In this document: positions 26,093-41,095 of the stretch, in pieces
Position numbering within the stretch: position 1 is the first letter of the stretch
How the letters are laid out: the number at the start of each line of letters is the position of its first letter
Assembly (NCBI RefSeq): GCF_016026235.1
Contig: NZ_CP065613.1
DNA from: Escherichia coli
Lineage (GTDB): Bacteria; Pseudomonadota; Gammaproteobacteria; Enterobacterales; Enterobacteriaceae
Length of the DNA: 64,000 nucleotides
Direction: 5' to 3' (one strand)
The notes under the pieces: generated by a model
What the model saw: the letters and a program-made list of their open reading frames with translations, nothing else
The model's database searches: none
Told to the model about the DNA's origin: nothing
Made by a program: the position numbers and the translations under genes

Positions 26093-26791
26093 ATGACCGA
26101 AAACGCTGTTCTCCAGTTACGCGCCGAGCGTATTGCGCGCGCAACACGTCCTTTTCTTGCCCGCGGTAATCGCGTTCGTCGCTGCCAACGCTGTCTTTTG
26201 CCAGAGAAATTATGTCTCTGTTCGACAATTACCCCAGCACAAGCAAAAAGTCGCTTCTGTTTGCTGATGTTCGACACCGAGCCAATGAAGCCCAGTAATA
26301 CCGGGCGTCTGATTGCTGATATTTTGCCTGATACCGTTGCGTTTCAATGGTCGCGTACCGAACCCTCGCAGGATTTGCTGGATCTGGTACAAAACCCGGA
26401 TTATCAGCCAATGGTGGTCTTTCCCGCCTCGTATGCTGATGAGCAACGGGAAGTGATCTTCACACCACCTGCCGGTAAGCCACCGCTGTTTATCATGCTC
26501 GATGGTACCTGGCCGGAAGCTCGCAAGATGTTTCGTAAAAGTCCGTATCTGGATAATCTTCCCGTCATTTCCGTCGATCTTTCCCGGCTTTCTGCCTATC
26601 GCCTGCGTGAAGCCCAGGCTGCAGGCCAATATTGTACTGCCGAGGTAGCCATCGCACTGTTAGATATGGCCGGCGATACCGGGGCGGCAGCAGGGTTAGG
26701 CGAGCATTTTACCCGCTTTAAAACACGCTATCTGGCAGGAAAAACGCAACATCTGGGTAGCATCACAGCAGAACAGTTAGAAAGCGTTTAA
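26093..26791 (+). CDS. yfiP: DTW-domain protein (tRNA-uridine aminocarboxypropyltransferase TapT family)
   Basis: Track ORF 26042..26791; start set at MTENAVLQLRAERIARATRPF (232 aa); DGTW motif present. Confidence 0.85.
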   Translation: MTENAVLQLRAERIARATRPFLARGNRVRRCQRCLLPEKLCLCSTITPAQAKSRFCLLMFDTEPMKPSNTGRLIADILPDTVAFQWSRTEPSQDLLDLVQNPDYQPMVVFPASYADEQREVIFTPPAGKPPLFIMLDGTWPEARKMFRKSPYLDNLPVISVDLSRLSAYRLREAQAAGQYCTAEVAIALLDMAGDTGAAAGLGEHFTRFKTRYLAGKTQHLGSITAEQLESV

Positions 26792-26822
26792 AATCATTCG
26801 GTCACTTCTGCGGGAGACCGGT

Positions 26823-29483
26823 ATGAGTCAGCGAGGACTGGAAGCACTACTGCGACCAAAATCGATAGCGGTAATTGGCGCGTCGATGAAACCCAATCGC
26901 GCAGGTTACCTGATGATGCGTAACCTGCTGGCGGGAGGCTTTAACGGACCGGTACTCCCGGTGACGCCAGCCTGGAAAGCGGTGTTGGGTGTGTTGGCCT
27001 GGCCGGATATTGCCAGCTTGCCCTTTACACCCGACCTTGCGGTTTTATGTACCAATGCCAGCCGTAATCTTGCTCTTCTGGAAGAGCTCGGCGAGAAAGG
27101 CTGTAAAACCTGCATTATTCTTTCCGCCCCGGCATCGCAACACGAAGATCTCCGCGCCTGCGCCCTGCGCCATAACATGCGCCTGCTTGGACCAAACAGT
27201 CTGGGTTTACTGGCTCCCTGGCAAGGTCTGAATGCCAGCTTTTCGCCTGTGCCGATTAAACGCGGCAAGCTGGCGTTTATTTCACAATCGGCAGCCGTCT
27301 CCAACACCATCCTCGACTGGGCGCAACAGCGTGAGATGGGCTTTTCCTACTTTATTGCGCTCGGCGACAGCCTGGATATCGACGTTGATGAATTGCTCGA
27401 CTATCTGGCGCGCGACAGTAAAACCAGCGCCATCCTGCTCTATCTCGAACAGTTAAGCGACGCGCGACGCTTTGTTTCGGCAGCCCGTAGTGCCTCGCGT
27501 AATAAACCGATTCTGGTGATTAAAAGCGGACGTAGCCCGGCGGCACAGCGACTGCTCAACACGACGGCAGGAATGGACCCGGCATGGGATGCGGCTATTC
27601 AGCGTGCCGGTTTGTTGCGGGTACAGGATACCCACGAACTGTTTTCGGCGGTGGAAACCCTTAGCCATATGCGCCCGCTGCGTGGCGACCGGTTGATGAT
27701 TATCAGCAACGGTGCTGCGCCTGCCGCGCTGGCGCTGGATGCCTTATGGTCACGCAATGGCAAGCTGGCAACGCTAAGCGAAGAAACCTGCCAGAAATTG
27801 CGCGATGCATTGCCAGAACATGTGGCAGTCTCTAACCCGCTCGATCTGCGCGATGACGCCAGCAGCGAGCATTATGTCAAAACGCTGGACATTCTGCTCC
27901 ACAGCCAGGATTTTGATGCGCTGATGGTTATTCATTCGCCCAGCGCCGCTGCTCCCGCAACAGAAAGCGCGCAAGTATTAATTGAAGCGGTAAAGCATCA
28001 TCCCCGCAGCAAATATGTCTCTTTGCTGACGAACTGGTGCGGCGAGCACTCCTCGCAAGAGGCACGACGTTTATTCAGCGAAGCCGGGCTGCCGACCTAC
28101 CGTACCCCGGAAGGAACCATCACTGCTTTTATGCATATGGTGGAGTACCGGCGTAATCAGAAGCAACTACGCGAAACGCCGGCGTTGCCCAGCAATCTGA
28201 CTTCCAATACCGCAGAAGCGCATCTTCTGTTGCAACAGGCGATTGCCGAAGGGGCTACGTCGCTCGATACCCATGAAGTTCAGCCCATCCTGCAATCGTA
28301 TGGCATGAACACGCTCCCTACCTGGATTGCCAGCGATAGCACCGAAGCGGTGCATATTGCCGAACAGATTGGTTATCCGGTGGCGCTGAAATTGCGTTCG
28401 CCGGATATTCCACATAAATCGGAAGTTCAGGGCGTCATGCTGTACTTGCGTACAGCCAATGAAGTCCAGCAAGCGGCAAACGCCATTTTCGATCGCGTAA
28501 AAACGGCCTGGCCGCAGGCGCGGATCCACGGCCTGTTGGTGCAAAGTATGGCTAACCGTGCTGGCGCTCAGGAGTTGCGGGTTGTGGTTGAGCACGATCC
28601 GGTTTTCGGGCCGTTGATCATGCTGGGTGAAGGCGGTGTGGAGTGGCGTCCTGAAGATCAAGCCGTCGTCGCACTGCCGCCGCTGAACATGAACCTGGCC
28701 CGCTATCTGGTTATTCAGGGGATCAAAAGTAAAAAGATTCGTGCGCGCAGTGCGCTACGCCCATTGGATGTTGCAGGCTTGAGCCAGCTTCTGGTGCAGG
28801 TTTCCAACTTGATTGTCGATTGCCCGGAAATTCAGCGTCTGGATATTCATCCTTTGCTGGCTTCTGGCAGTGAATTTACCGCGCTGGATGTCACGCTGGA
28901 TATCTCGCCGTTTGAAGGCGATAACGAGAGTCGGCTGGCAGTGCGCCCTTATCCGAATCAGCTGGAAGAATGGGTAGAATTGAAAAACGGTGAACGCTGC
29001 TTGTTCCGCCCGATTTTGCCAGAAGATGAGCCACAACTTCAGCAATTCATTTCGCGAGTCACCAAAGAAGATCTTTATTACCGCTACTTTAGCGAGATCA
29101 ACGAATTTACCCATGAAGATTTAGCCAACATGACACAGATCGACTACGATCGGGAAATGGCGTTTGTAGCGGTACGACGTATTGATCAAACGGAAGAGAT
29201 CCTCGGCGTCACGCGTGCGATTTCCGATCCTGATAACATCGATGCCGAATTTGCTGTGCTGGTTCGCTCGGATCTCAAAGGGTTAGGCTTAGGTCGACGC
29301 TTAATGGAAAAGTTGATTACCTATACGCGAGATCACGGACTACAACGTCTGAATGGTATTACGATGCCAAACAATCGTGGCATGGTGGCGCTAGCCCGCA
29401 AGCTCGGGTTTAACGTTGATATCCAGCTCGAAGAGGGGATCGTTGGGCTTACGCTAAATCTTGCCCAACGCGAGGAATCATGA
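26823..29483 (+). CDS. patZ: Protein lysine acetyltransferase (acyl-CoA synthetase-like domain + GNAT)
   Basis: 886-aa ORF; matches PatZ (YfiQ/Pka). Confidence 0.95.
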   Translation: MSQRGLEALLRPKSIAVIGASMKPNRAGYLMMRNLLAGGFNGPVLPVTPAWKAVLGVLAWPDIASLPFTPDLAVLCTNASRNLALLEELGEKGCKTCIILSAPASQHEDLRACALRHNMRLLGPNSLGLLAPWQGLNASFSPVPIKRGKLAFISQSAAVSNTILDWAQQREMGFSYFIALGDSLDIDVDELLDYLARDSKTSAILLYLEQLSDARRFVSAARSASRNKPILVIKSGRSPAAQRLLNTTAGMDPAWDAAIQRAGLLRVQDTHELFSAVETLSHMRPLRGDRLMIISNGAAPAALALDALWSRNGKLATLSEETCQKLRDALPEHVAVSNPLDLRDDASSEHYVKTLDILLHSQDFDALMVIHSPSAAAPATESAQVLIEAVKHHPRSKYVSLLTNWCGEHSSQEARRLFSEAGLPTYRTPEGTITAFMHMVEYRRNQKQLRETPALPSNLTSNTAEAHLLLQQAIAEGATSLDTHEVQPILQSYGMNTLPTWIASDSTEAVHIAEQIGYPVALKLRSPDIPHKSEVQGVMLYLRTANEVQQAANAIFDRVKTAWPQARIHGLLVQSMANRAGAQELRVVVEHDPVFGPLIMLGEGGVEWRPEDQAVVALPPLNMNLARYLVIQGIKSKKIRARSALRPLDVAGLSQLLVQVSNLIVDCPEIQRLDIHPLLASGSEFTALDVTLDISPFEGDNESRLAVRPYPNQLEEWVELKNGERCLFRPILPEDEPQLQQFISRVTKEDLYYRYFSEINEFTHEDLANMTQIDYDREMAFVAVRRIDQTEEILGVTRAISDPDNIDAEFAVLVRSDLKGLGLGRRLMEKLITYTRDHGLQRLNGITMPNNRGMVALARKLGFNVDIQLEEGIVGLTLNLAQREES

Positions 29484-29596
29484 GTAAGGTACTGGAAATG
29501 TTGACCACTTAATCGGGACTGGTGTTATTATTGCCCGCTTATGTCGTCTGCATTGCACAGAGGACCCTTCAATGAACAGAGAAGAAATGCACTGTG

Positions 29597-30952
29597 ATGT
29601 TGTCAAAATTTAAGCGTAATAAACATCAACAACACCTTGCCCAACTACCCAAGATTTCTCAATCAGTTGATGATGTCGATTTCTTTTACGCTCCCGCCGA
29701 CTTCCGGGAGACGCTGCTGGAAAAAATAGCCAGCGCGAAGCAGCGCATTTGCATTGTCGCCCTGTATCTCGAACAGGATGACGGTGGCAAAGGCATTCTG
29801 AACGCGTTGTATGAAGCTAAAAGGCAGCGTCCGGAACTGGATGTGCGGGTGCTGGTCGACTGGCATCGTGCACAACGTGGACGCATTGGCGCTGCGGCAT
29901 CTAACACTAACGCTGACTGGTACTGCCGCATGGCGCAGGAAAATCCGGGCGTAGATGTTCCGGTTTATGGCGTTCCAATCAATACCCGTGAAGCCCTTGG
30001 TGTTCTGCACTTTAAAGGCTTTATCATCGACGATAGCGTACTTTATAGCGGTGCCAGCCTGAACGATGTTTACCTGCATCAGCACGATAAATATCGCTAC
30101 GACCGTTATCATCTTATCCGTAACCGTAAGATGTCAGACATTATGTTTGAATGGGTTACACAGAATATTATGAATGGCCGCGGCGTTAATCGTCTGGATG
30201 ATGTTAATCGGCCAAAAAGCCCGGAAATCAAGAACGATATTCGTCTGTTCCGCCAGGAGCTGCGTGATGCCGCTTATCATTTCCAGGGCGATGCCGACAA
30301 CGATCAGCTTTCCGTAACGCCGCTAGTGGGGCTGGGGAAATCGAGTCTGTTGAACAAGACCATTTTCCATCTTATGCCTTGTGCCGAGCAGAAACTAACC
30401 ATCTGTACGCCATACTTCAACCTGCCAGCAATCCTTGTGCGCAATATTATCCAGTTGCTGCGCGAAGGGAAAAAGGTCGAAATTATTGTTGGTGATAAAA
30501 CCGCGAACGACTTCTACATTCCGGAAGATGAACCTTTCAAGATAATTGGCGCATTGCCTTATCTCTATGAGATCAATCTGCGTCGTTTCCTGAGCCGTTT
30601 GCAGTATTACGTCAATACTGACCAGCTAGTGGTTCGGTTATGGAAAGATGACGACAACACCTATCACCTAAAAGGGATGTGGGTTGATGATAAGTGGATG
30701 TTGATCACCGGTAATAATCTGAACCCGCGCGCCTGGCGTCTGGATCTGGAAAACGCCATTTTGATCCACGATCCACAACTGGAGCTTGCGCCGCAGCGAG
30801 AGAAAGAACTGGAGCTGATCCGCGAGCATACCACCATCGTTAAGCACTATCGCGATCTGCAAAGTATTGCCGATTATCCGGTGAAGGTTCGTAAACTCAT
30901 CCGCCGTTTGCGCCGTATCCGCATCGACCGATTAATTAGCCGCATCCTGTAA
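29597..30952 (+). CDS. pssA: CDP-diacylglycerol--serine O-phosphatidyltransferase
   Basis: Track ORF 29594..30952 begins MM; 451-aa product MLSKFKRNKHQQHLAQLPKI; two PLD-type HKG motifs. Confidence 0.95.
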   Translation: MLSKFKRNKHQQHLAQLPKISQSVDDVDFFYAPADFRETLLEKIASAKQRICIVALYLEQDDGGKGILNALYEAKRQRPELDVRVLVDWHRAQRGRIGAAASNTNADWYCRMAQENPGVDVPVYGVPINTREALGVLHFKGFIIDDSVLYSGASLNDVYLHQHDKYRYDRYHLIRNRKMSDIMFEWVTQNIMNGRGVNRLDDVNRPKSPEIKNDIRLFRQELRDAAYHFQGDADNDQLSVTPLVGLGKSSLLNKTIFHLMPCAEQKLTICTPYFNLPAILVRNIIQLLREGKKVEIIVGDKTANDFYIPEDEPFKIIGALPYLYEINLRRFLSRLQYYVNTDQLVVRLWKDDDNTYHLKGMWVDDKWMLITGNNLNPRAWRLDLENAILIHDPQLELAPQREKELELIREHTTIVKHYRDLQSIADYPVKVRKLIRRLRRIRIDRLISRIL

Positions 30953-30956
30953 TCAC

Positions 30957-30986
30957 AACCCCGTCCTGTACGGGGTTTGTTTTTTG
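30957..30986 (+). terminator. Intrinsic terminator after pssA
   Basis: AACCCCGTCC-TGTA-CGGGGTT hairpin followed by TTGTTTTTT, 5 nt after the pssA stop. Confidence 0.75.
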
Positions 30987-30997
30987 GAGGCCACGTT

Positions 30998-31321
30998 TTG
31001 CGTATTCTTTTTGTCTGTTCGCTATTGTTACTTTCTGGATGCAGCCATATGGCTAACGATAGCTGGAGCGGGCAGGATAAAGCTCAACACTTTATCGCCT
31101 CGGCGATGCTTTCCGCCGCCGGAAATGAATATTCACAGCATCAGGGGATGAGCCGGGATCGCAGTGCCATGTTTGGATTGATGTTCTCTGTCAGTTTGGG
31201 GGCGTCAAAAGAGCTTTGGGATAGCCGCCCCGAAGGGAGCGGCTGGAGCTGGAAGGATTTGGCCTGGGATGTCGCCGGTGCAAGCACCGGCTATACCGTC
31301 TGGCAACTGACCCGTCACTAA
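30998..31321 (+). CDS. yfiM: Lipoprotein YfiM
   Basis: Track ORF 30977..31321; likely TTG start at [15 protein letters not shown] (lipobox LSGC) with GGAGG 8 nt upstream; 107 aa. Confidence 0.8.
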
Positions 31322-32616
31322 AGACGCATCCCCTTCCCTTTGCGATGTAGCATCAAAGAAACCAGAAACGCCACCACGGCCATCAAGGTCACATACCAGA
31401 AGAAGGCTGTTTCCATTCCTATTGATTTCAGCGACAACGCTACGTACTCCGCCGAACCACCAAATATAGCATTAGCGACCGCATATGACAGACCAACGCC
31501 TAATGCGCGAACCTGTGCCGGGAACATCTCAGCCTTCAGTATTCCACTGATTGATGTATAAAAACTCACTATCAGCAGGGCACACATCACCAGACCAAAA
31601 GCGGCATAAGGCGAGGAAACGTTTTGCAATGCTGAGAGAATAGGAACGGTAAAAATGGCTGCCAGCGAACCGAAACATAACATTGAGGTACGGCGACCAA
31701 TCTTATCCGACAGCGCGCCAATGAGTGGTTGAATAAGCATGAATACAAACAATGCGGCAGTCATAATGCCACTCGCCACGTTGGCATGCATTCCCGCAGT
31801 ATTTACCAGATACTTCTGCATATAAGTGGTGAAGGTATAGAAACAAAGGGAGCCCGCAGCGGTAAAACCGAGAACCATGATGAATGCACGGCGATTGCGC
31901 CATAATCCTTTCAGAGATCCAGCTTCTTTTAAAGCGCGCGTTTCTTGTTGCGAAGTTTCATCTAATTGACGACGTAACCACAACGCCACAACAGCTAACA
32001 CAGCTCCTAACGCGAAAGGAATACGCCATCCCCACTCTCTGAGTGCAGCGTCTTCCATGGTGTGTTGTAAAACCACGACAACCAGTAGGGCTAGCAGTTG
32101 TCCGCCGATCAACGTCACATACTGAAATGATGCGTAAAAACCTTTGCGCCCTTCAACGGCAACTTCACTCATATAGGTGGCGCTGGTGCCATATTCTCCG
32201 CCAACGGATAATCCCTGAAATAAACGAGCGAAAAGCAATAATGCCGGAGCCCACGTACCTATAGTTTCATAACCTGGGAGGCAGGCGATAACCAGCGATC
32301 CGAAACACATCATACACACCGATAACAGCATCGATTTTTTGCGACCATGTTTATCGGCTATGCGGCCAAATAGCCAACCGCCTATTGGGCGCATCAGGAA
32401 TCCCGCAGCAAAAACACCTGCTGTTTGTAGTAGTTGAGTCGTCGTGTTCCCGGAAGGGAAGAAAATGTGGGCGAAGTAGAGTGAACAGAACGAGTAGACA
32501 TAGAAATCGAACCACTCGACCAGATTACCTGAAGAGGCCCCCACAATCGCCCAAATGCGGCGACGAGTATCACTACTTGTCAGTTTGCTGTCTGCCGTTA
32601 CAGTACTTTCAGCCAT
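31318..32616 (-). CDS. kgtP: Alpha-ketoglutarate:H+ symporter (MFS)
   Basis: Track ORF 31318..32718; start set at [20 protein letters not shown] (432 aa). Confidence 0.93.
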
Positions 32617-32688
32617 GCCATTATGTCTCCTGCCGTAATCCGATGCTTTTGTTGGTCGCTTTTGTTTATTTCTTTTGGTAAAGAAAAT

Positions 32689-32719
32689 GTTATACATTTG
32701 TTGCGTATCATTATGCAAC
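32689..32719 (-). promoter_or_regulatory. Candidate sigma-70 promoter of kgtP
   Basis: Minus-strand TTGCAT - 18 nt - TATAAC, ~70 nt upstream of the kgtP start. Confidence 0.5.
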
Positions 32720-32795
32720 CTTAACCATGAATTTAGTTAGCAGGAAAATGGTTATTGAGGAGCTTAAGGATAAATTTCTGGTAAGGAGGACACGT

Positions 32796-32858
32796 ATGGA
32801 AGTAGGCAAGTTGGGGAAACCGCATCCGTTGCTGAATCTGGCATATGTGGGAGTATAA
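32796..32858 (+). CDS. Candidate unannotated small ORF (20 aa, MEVGKLGKPHPLLNLAYVGV)
   Basis: ATG preceded at 7-nt spacing by TAAGGAGG (consensus Shine-Dalgarno), in the kgtP-rrfG intergenic region; no homology evidence. Confidence 0.2.
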   Translation: MEVGKLGKPHPLLNLAYVGV

Positions 32859-32894
32859 GACGCGCAGCGTCGCATCAGGCATTTTTTTCTGCGC

Positions 32895-32926
32895 CAATGC
32901 AAAAAGGCCATCCGTCAGGATGGCCT
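32895..32926 (-). terminator. rrnG operon terminator
   Basis: AGGCCATCC-GTCA-GGATGGCCT hairpin followed on the minus strand by a U-run, 14 nt downstream of the 5S 3-prime end. Confidence 0.75.
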
Positions 32927-32939
32927 TCTGCTAAATTTG

Positions 32940-33059
32940 ATGCCTGGCAGTTCCCTACTCTCGCATGGGGAGACCCCACACTATCATCGGCGCTACGGCG
33001 TTTCACTTCTGAGTTCGGCATGGGGTCAGGTGGGACCACCGCGCTAAGGCCGCCAGGCA
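32940..33059 (-). rRNA. rrfG: 5S ribosomal RNA
   Basis: 120-nt reverse-strand match to E. coli 5S rRNA (TGCCTGGCGGC...CAGGCAT). Confidence 0.95.
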
Positions 33060-33151
33060 AATTCTGTTTTATCAGACCGCTTCTGCGTTCTGATTTAATC
33101 TGTATCAGGCTGAAAATCTTCTCTCATCCGCCAAAACATCTTCGGCGTTGT

Positions 33152-36053
<2,902 letters not shown>

Positions 36054-36246
36054 TCACAACCCGAAGATGTTTCTTGCGATTCATCATCGTGTTGCGAAAA
36101 TTTGAGAGACTCACGAACAACTCTCGTTGTTCAGTGTTTCAATTTTCAGCTTGATCCAGATTTTTAAAGAGCAAATATCTCAAACATCACCCGAAGATGA
36201 GTTTTGAGATATCAAGGCAGGTGACTTTCACTCACAAACCAGCAAG

Positions 36247-36322
36247 TGGCGTCCCCTAGGGGATTCGAACCCCTGTTACCGCCGTGAAAGGGCGGTGTCC
36301 TGGGCCTCTAGACGAAGGGGAC
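36247..36322 (-). tRNA. gltW: tRNA-Glu in the 16S-23S spacer
   Basis: 76-nt reverse-strand match to tRNA-Glu(UUC) GTCCCCTTCGTCTAGAGGCCCAGGACACCGCCCTTTCACGGCGGTAACAGGGGTTCGAATCCCCTAGGGGACGCCA. Confidence 0.95.
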
Positions 36323-36407
36323 GTATCAGTCTGCTTCGCAAGACGCCTTGCTTTTCACTTTCTATCAGACAATCTGTGTGAGCACTGCAAAGTACGCTTC
36401 TTTAAGG

Positions 36408-37949
<1,542 letters not shown>

Positions 37950-38073
37950 AAAAGTTTGATGCTCAAAGAATTAAACTTCGTAATGAATTACGTGTTCACT
38001 CTTGAGACTTGGTATTCATTTTTCGTCTTGCGACGTTAAGAATCCGTATCTTCGAGTGCCCACACAGATTGTC

Positions 38074-38093
38074 TGATAAATTGTTAAAGAGCA
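38074..38093 (-). promoter_or_regulatory. rrn leader boxA antitermination element
   Basis: Minus-strand TGCTCTTTAACAATTTATCA between the rrn promoters and 16S. Confidence 0.75.
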
Positions 38094-38130
38094 GTGCCGC
38101 TTCGCTTTTTCTCAGCGGCGCGGGGTGTGC

Positions 38131-38159
38131 ATAATACACTTTCCCGCTACAGAGTCAAG
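38131..38159 (-). promoter_or_regulatory. rrnG promoter P2
   Basis: Minus-strand TTGACT - 17 nt - TATTAT followed by GC-rich discriminator (GCACACCCCGCGCC). Confidence 0.7.
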
Positions 38160-38249
38160 CATTTATTTTTGCCTTCTCTGCCGGAATTCTCAGGAGAACC
38201 CCGCTGACCCGGCGGCGTGTTTGCCGTTGTTCCGTGTCAGTGGTGGCGC

Positions 38250-38277
38250 ATTATAGGGAGTTATTCCGGCCTGACAA
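38250..38277 (-). promoter_or_regulatory. rrnG promoter P1 with upstream A/T-rich UP/Fis region
   Basis: Minus-strand TTGTCA - 16 nt - TATAAT - GCGCCACC discriminator; A/T-rich tract at 38280..38350. Confidence 0.75.
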
Positions 38278-38354
38278 GCGAAAAATATAAAAACTTTATC
38301 GTTCGCTCATTTTTCAGGCAAAACATCTTAAATATAGTCTTTTCCGTCTAACTT

Positions 38355-38387
38355 ATAGACAAAAACGAGCCCCGAAGGGCTCGTTTT
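38355..38387 (-). terminator. clpB intrinsic terminator
   Basis: AAAACGAGCCC-CGAA-GGGCTCGTTTT palindrome with U-run, immediately after the clpB stop. Confidence 0.8.
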
Positions 38388-38392
38388 ATCAT

Positions 38393-40966
38393 TTACTGGA
38401 CGGCGACAATCCGGTCTTCATTAACTTCCAGGCGAATCACTTTACCCGGAACCAATTCACCAGACAGTATTTGCTGTGCCAGCGGGTTTTCGATCTGCTG
38501 CTGAATTGCACGTTTCAGAGGACGTGCACCATAGACCGGATCGTAACCGTTCTCGCTCAGCAGTTTCAGCGCCTCGTCAGAAATGTGGATTTCATAACCA
38601 CGTTCTTCCAGACGTTTATACAGACGTTTCAACTGAATCTGCGCAATCGACGCAATGTGCTGTTCACCCAGCGGATGGAAGACCACCACTTCATCGATAC
38701 GGTTAATGAATTCCGGACGGAAGTTATGGCTAACCACACCGAGCACCAGCTCTTTCATGTGCGCATAATCCAGTTCACCGAAGCGTTCCTGAATCAGATC
38801 GGAACCGAGGTTAGAGGTCATAATGACAACCGTATTACGGAAGTCGACCGTTCTCCCCTGCCCGTCAGTCAGACGCCCATCATCCAGTACCTGCAACAGA
38901 ATATTGAAGACATCCGGATGCGCTTTTTCCACTTCATCCAACAGGATGACGGAATACGGACGACGACGCACAGCTTCGGTCAGGTAGCCACCTTCTTCAT
39001 AACCGACATATCCCGGAGGCGCACCAACCAGACGAGACACCGAGTGTTTCTCCATAAACTCGGACATATCGATACGGACCATCGCCTCGTCGCTATCAAA
39101 CATAAAGTTCGCCAGCGCCTTACAAAGCTCTGTTTTCCCCACACCAGTTGGGCCGAGGAACAGGAATGAACCAATCGGGCGATTTGGATCCGCCAGCCCC
39201 GCACGGCTACGACGAATAGCGTTAGATACCGCATCAACCGCTTCGTTCTGACCAATAACGCGATGGTGCAGTTCTTGCTCCATACGCAGCAGTTTTTCGC
39301 GCTCGCTTTCCATCATGCGAGAAACCGGAATCCCCGTCCAACGCGCCAGCACTTCAGCAATTTCGGCGTCGGTCACTTTATTACGCAACAGACGCATAGT
39401 TTTGCCTTCGAGCTGCGTTGCGGCTTCCAGTTGCTTTTCCAGTTCCGGGATTTTGCCGTATTGCAGTTCAGACATCCGCGCCAGGTCCCCCACACGGCGA
39501 GCCTGTTCAATAGCGATTTTCGCCTGTTCCAGTTCCGCTTTAATGGTCTGCGTACCAGAAAGCGATGCCTTCTCTGCTTTCCACTCTTCTTCTAACTTGG
39601 AGTACTGACGTTCTTTGTCGCTCAGTTCTTCGTTGAGCATATCCAGACGTTTTTTACTGGCTTCATCAGACTCTTTCATTAACGCCTGTTGTTCCAGTTT
39701 GAGCTGGATGATACGGCGATCGAGTCGGTCGAGTTCTTCTGGTTTTGAGTCAATCTGCATACGAATGCTGGATGCTGCTTCATCGATCAGGTCGATGGCT
39801 TTATCCGGCAGCTGACGGTCAGCAATGTAGCGATGAGACAACGTCGCCGCTGCAACAATTGCCGGGTCAGTAATTTGCACATGGTGGTGCAATTCGTAAC
39901 GTTCTTTCAGGCCACGTAGAATCGCAATGGTATCTTCAACAGAAGGCTCGGCAACAAACACTTTCTGGAAACGACGTTCCAGCGCAGCATCTTTTTCGAT
40001 GTACTGGCGATATTCGTCAAGCGTCGTGGCACCTACGCAGTGCAATTCACCACGCGCCAGCGCCGGTTTCAGCATGTTTCCGGCGTCCATTGCGCCATCG
40101 GCTTTACCCGCGCCGACCATGGTATGTAATTCGTCGATAAACAGGATGACGTTGCCTTCCTGTTTGGCAAGATCGTTAAGCACGCCTTTTAAACGTTCTT
40201 CAAACTCACCGCGATATTTCGCCCCAGCCACCAGCGCGCCCATATCCAGCGCCAGTACGCGGCGGCCTTTCAACCCTTCCGGCACTTCGCCGTTGATAAT
40301 ACGCTGCGCCAGACCTTCAACGATGGCAGTTTTACCGACGCCGGGTTCACCAATCAGTACCGGGTTATTTTTAGTACGACGTTGCAGCACCTGAATGGTA
40401 CGGCGAATTTCTTCATCACGACCAATCACCGGATCGAGTTTGCCTTGTTCGGCTCGTTCGGTAAGATCGATGGTATATTTTTTCAAAGCCTGACGTTGGT
40501 CTTCAGCACCTTGATCGTTCACGCTTTCACCTCCACGCATTTGTTCAATCGCTTGAGTAATGTTGGCGGTGGTCGCCCCTGCTGCTTTCAGGATGTCGGC
40601 CAGCGTGCCGCGAGACTCAAGTGCCGCCAGAACGAACAGTTCTGACGAGATAAAGTTATCACCACGTTTTTGCGCCAGCTTGTCGCAAAGATTAAGAACG
40701 CGCACCAGATCCTGTGATGGCTGGACATCACCACCAGTACCTTCAACCTGCGGTAAACGATTTAATGCCTGATTGATATCTGTGCGCAACTGGCCAGCAT
40801 TTATGCCAGCGGATGTTAATAAAGGACTAACCGAACCCCCTTCCTGATTCAGCAGGGCGCTCATTAAATGAAGTGGTTCGATGAATTGGTTGTCGTGCCC
40901 GAGTGCAAGTGATTGGGCATCGGCAAGAGCAAGCTGGAATTTATTAGTAAGACGATCCAGACGCAT
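38393..40966 (-). CDS. clpB: Chaperone/disaggregase ClpB (Hsp100)
   Basis: Track ORF 38393..40978; start set at [18 protein letters not shown] (857 aa); two AAA+ modules with Walker A GEPGVGKT and GPTGVGKT. Confidence 0.97.
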   Translation of the reverse strand: MRLDRLTNKFQLALADAQSLALGHDNQFIEPLHLMSALLNQEGGSVSPLLTSAGINAGQLRTDINQALNRLPQVEGTGGDVQPSQDLVRVLNLCDKLAQKRGDNFISSELFVLAALESRGTLADILKAAGATTANITQAIEQMRGGESVNDQGAEDQRQALKKYTIDLTERAEQGKLDPVIGRDEEIRRTIQVLQRRTKNNPVLIGEPGVGKTAIVEGLAQRIINGEVPEGLKGRRVLALDMGALVAGAKYRGEFEERLKGVLNDLAKQEGNVILFIDELHTMVGAGKADGAMDAGNMLKPALARGELHCVGATTLDEYRQYIEKDAALERRFQKVFVAEPSVEDTIAILRGLKERYELHHHVQITDPAIVAAATLSHRYIADRQLPDKAIDLIDEAASSIRMQIDSKPEELDRLDRRIIQLKLEQQALMKESDEASKKRLDMLNEELSDKERQYSKLEEEWKAEKASLSGTQTIKAELEQAKIAIEQARRVGDLARMSELQYGKIPELEKQLEAATQLEGKTMRLLRNKVTDAEIAEVLARWTGIPVSRMMESEREKLLRMEQELHHRVIGQNEAVDAVSNAIRRSRAGLADPNRPIGSFLFLGPTGVGKTELCKALANFMFDSDEAMVRIDMSEFMEKHSVSRLVGAPPGYVGYEEGGYLTEAVRRRPYSVILLDEVEKAHPDVFNILLQVLDDGRLTDGQGRTVDFRNTVVIMTSNLGSDLIQERFGELDYAHMKELVLGVVSHNFRPEFINRIDEVVVFHPLGEQHIASIAQIQLKRLYKRLEERGYEIHISDEALKLLSENGYDPVYGARPLKRAIQQQIENPLAQQILSGELVPGKVIRLEVNEDRIVAVQ

Positions 40967-41004
40967 AACTCCTCCCATAACGGATCAAAGTTGCTACTGG
41001 AGAT

Positions 41005-41034
41005 TAAATGAGGTCATCCCTCAATTATTCAAGG
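41005..41034 (-). promoter_or_regulatory. Sigma-32 heat-shock promoter of clpB
   Basis: Minus-strand CCTTGAA - 14 nt - CCTCATTTA, matching the sigma-32 consensus (CTTGAA ... CCCCATNT), ~45 nt upstream of the clpB ATG. Confidence 0.65.
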
Positions 41035-41095
41035 TTATTGACCAGATTAATGTGAAAAGAAAATCACGCGTACCGGATCGTCTTGATTCTTTAGG

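Noticed and set aside
38471-40645. Several plus-strand ORFs of 66-232 aa
   Set aside because: All antisense to clpB; Ser/Arg-rich low-complexity translations.
40946-41095. Possible small RNA (RyfD-like) overlapping the clpB 5-prime region
   Set aside because: I recall an sRNA annotated near the clpB start in K-12 but cannot reconstruct its strand or boundaries from the sequence; no independent terminator or promoter signal beyond the clpB sigma-32 promoter was found.
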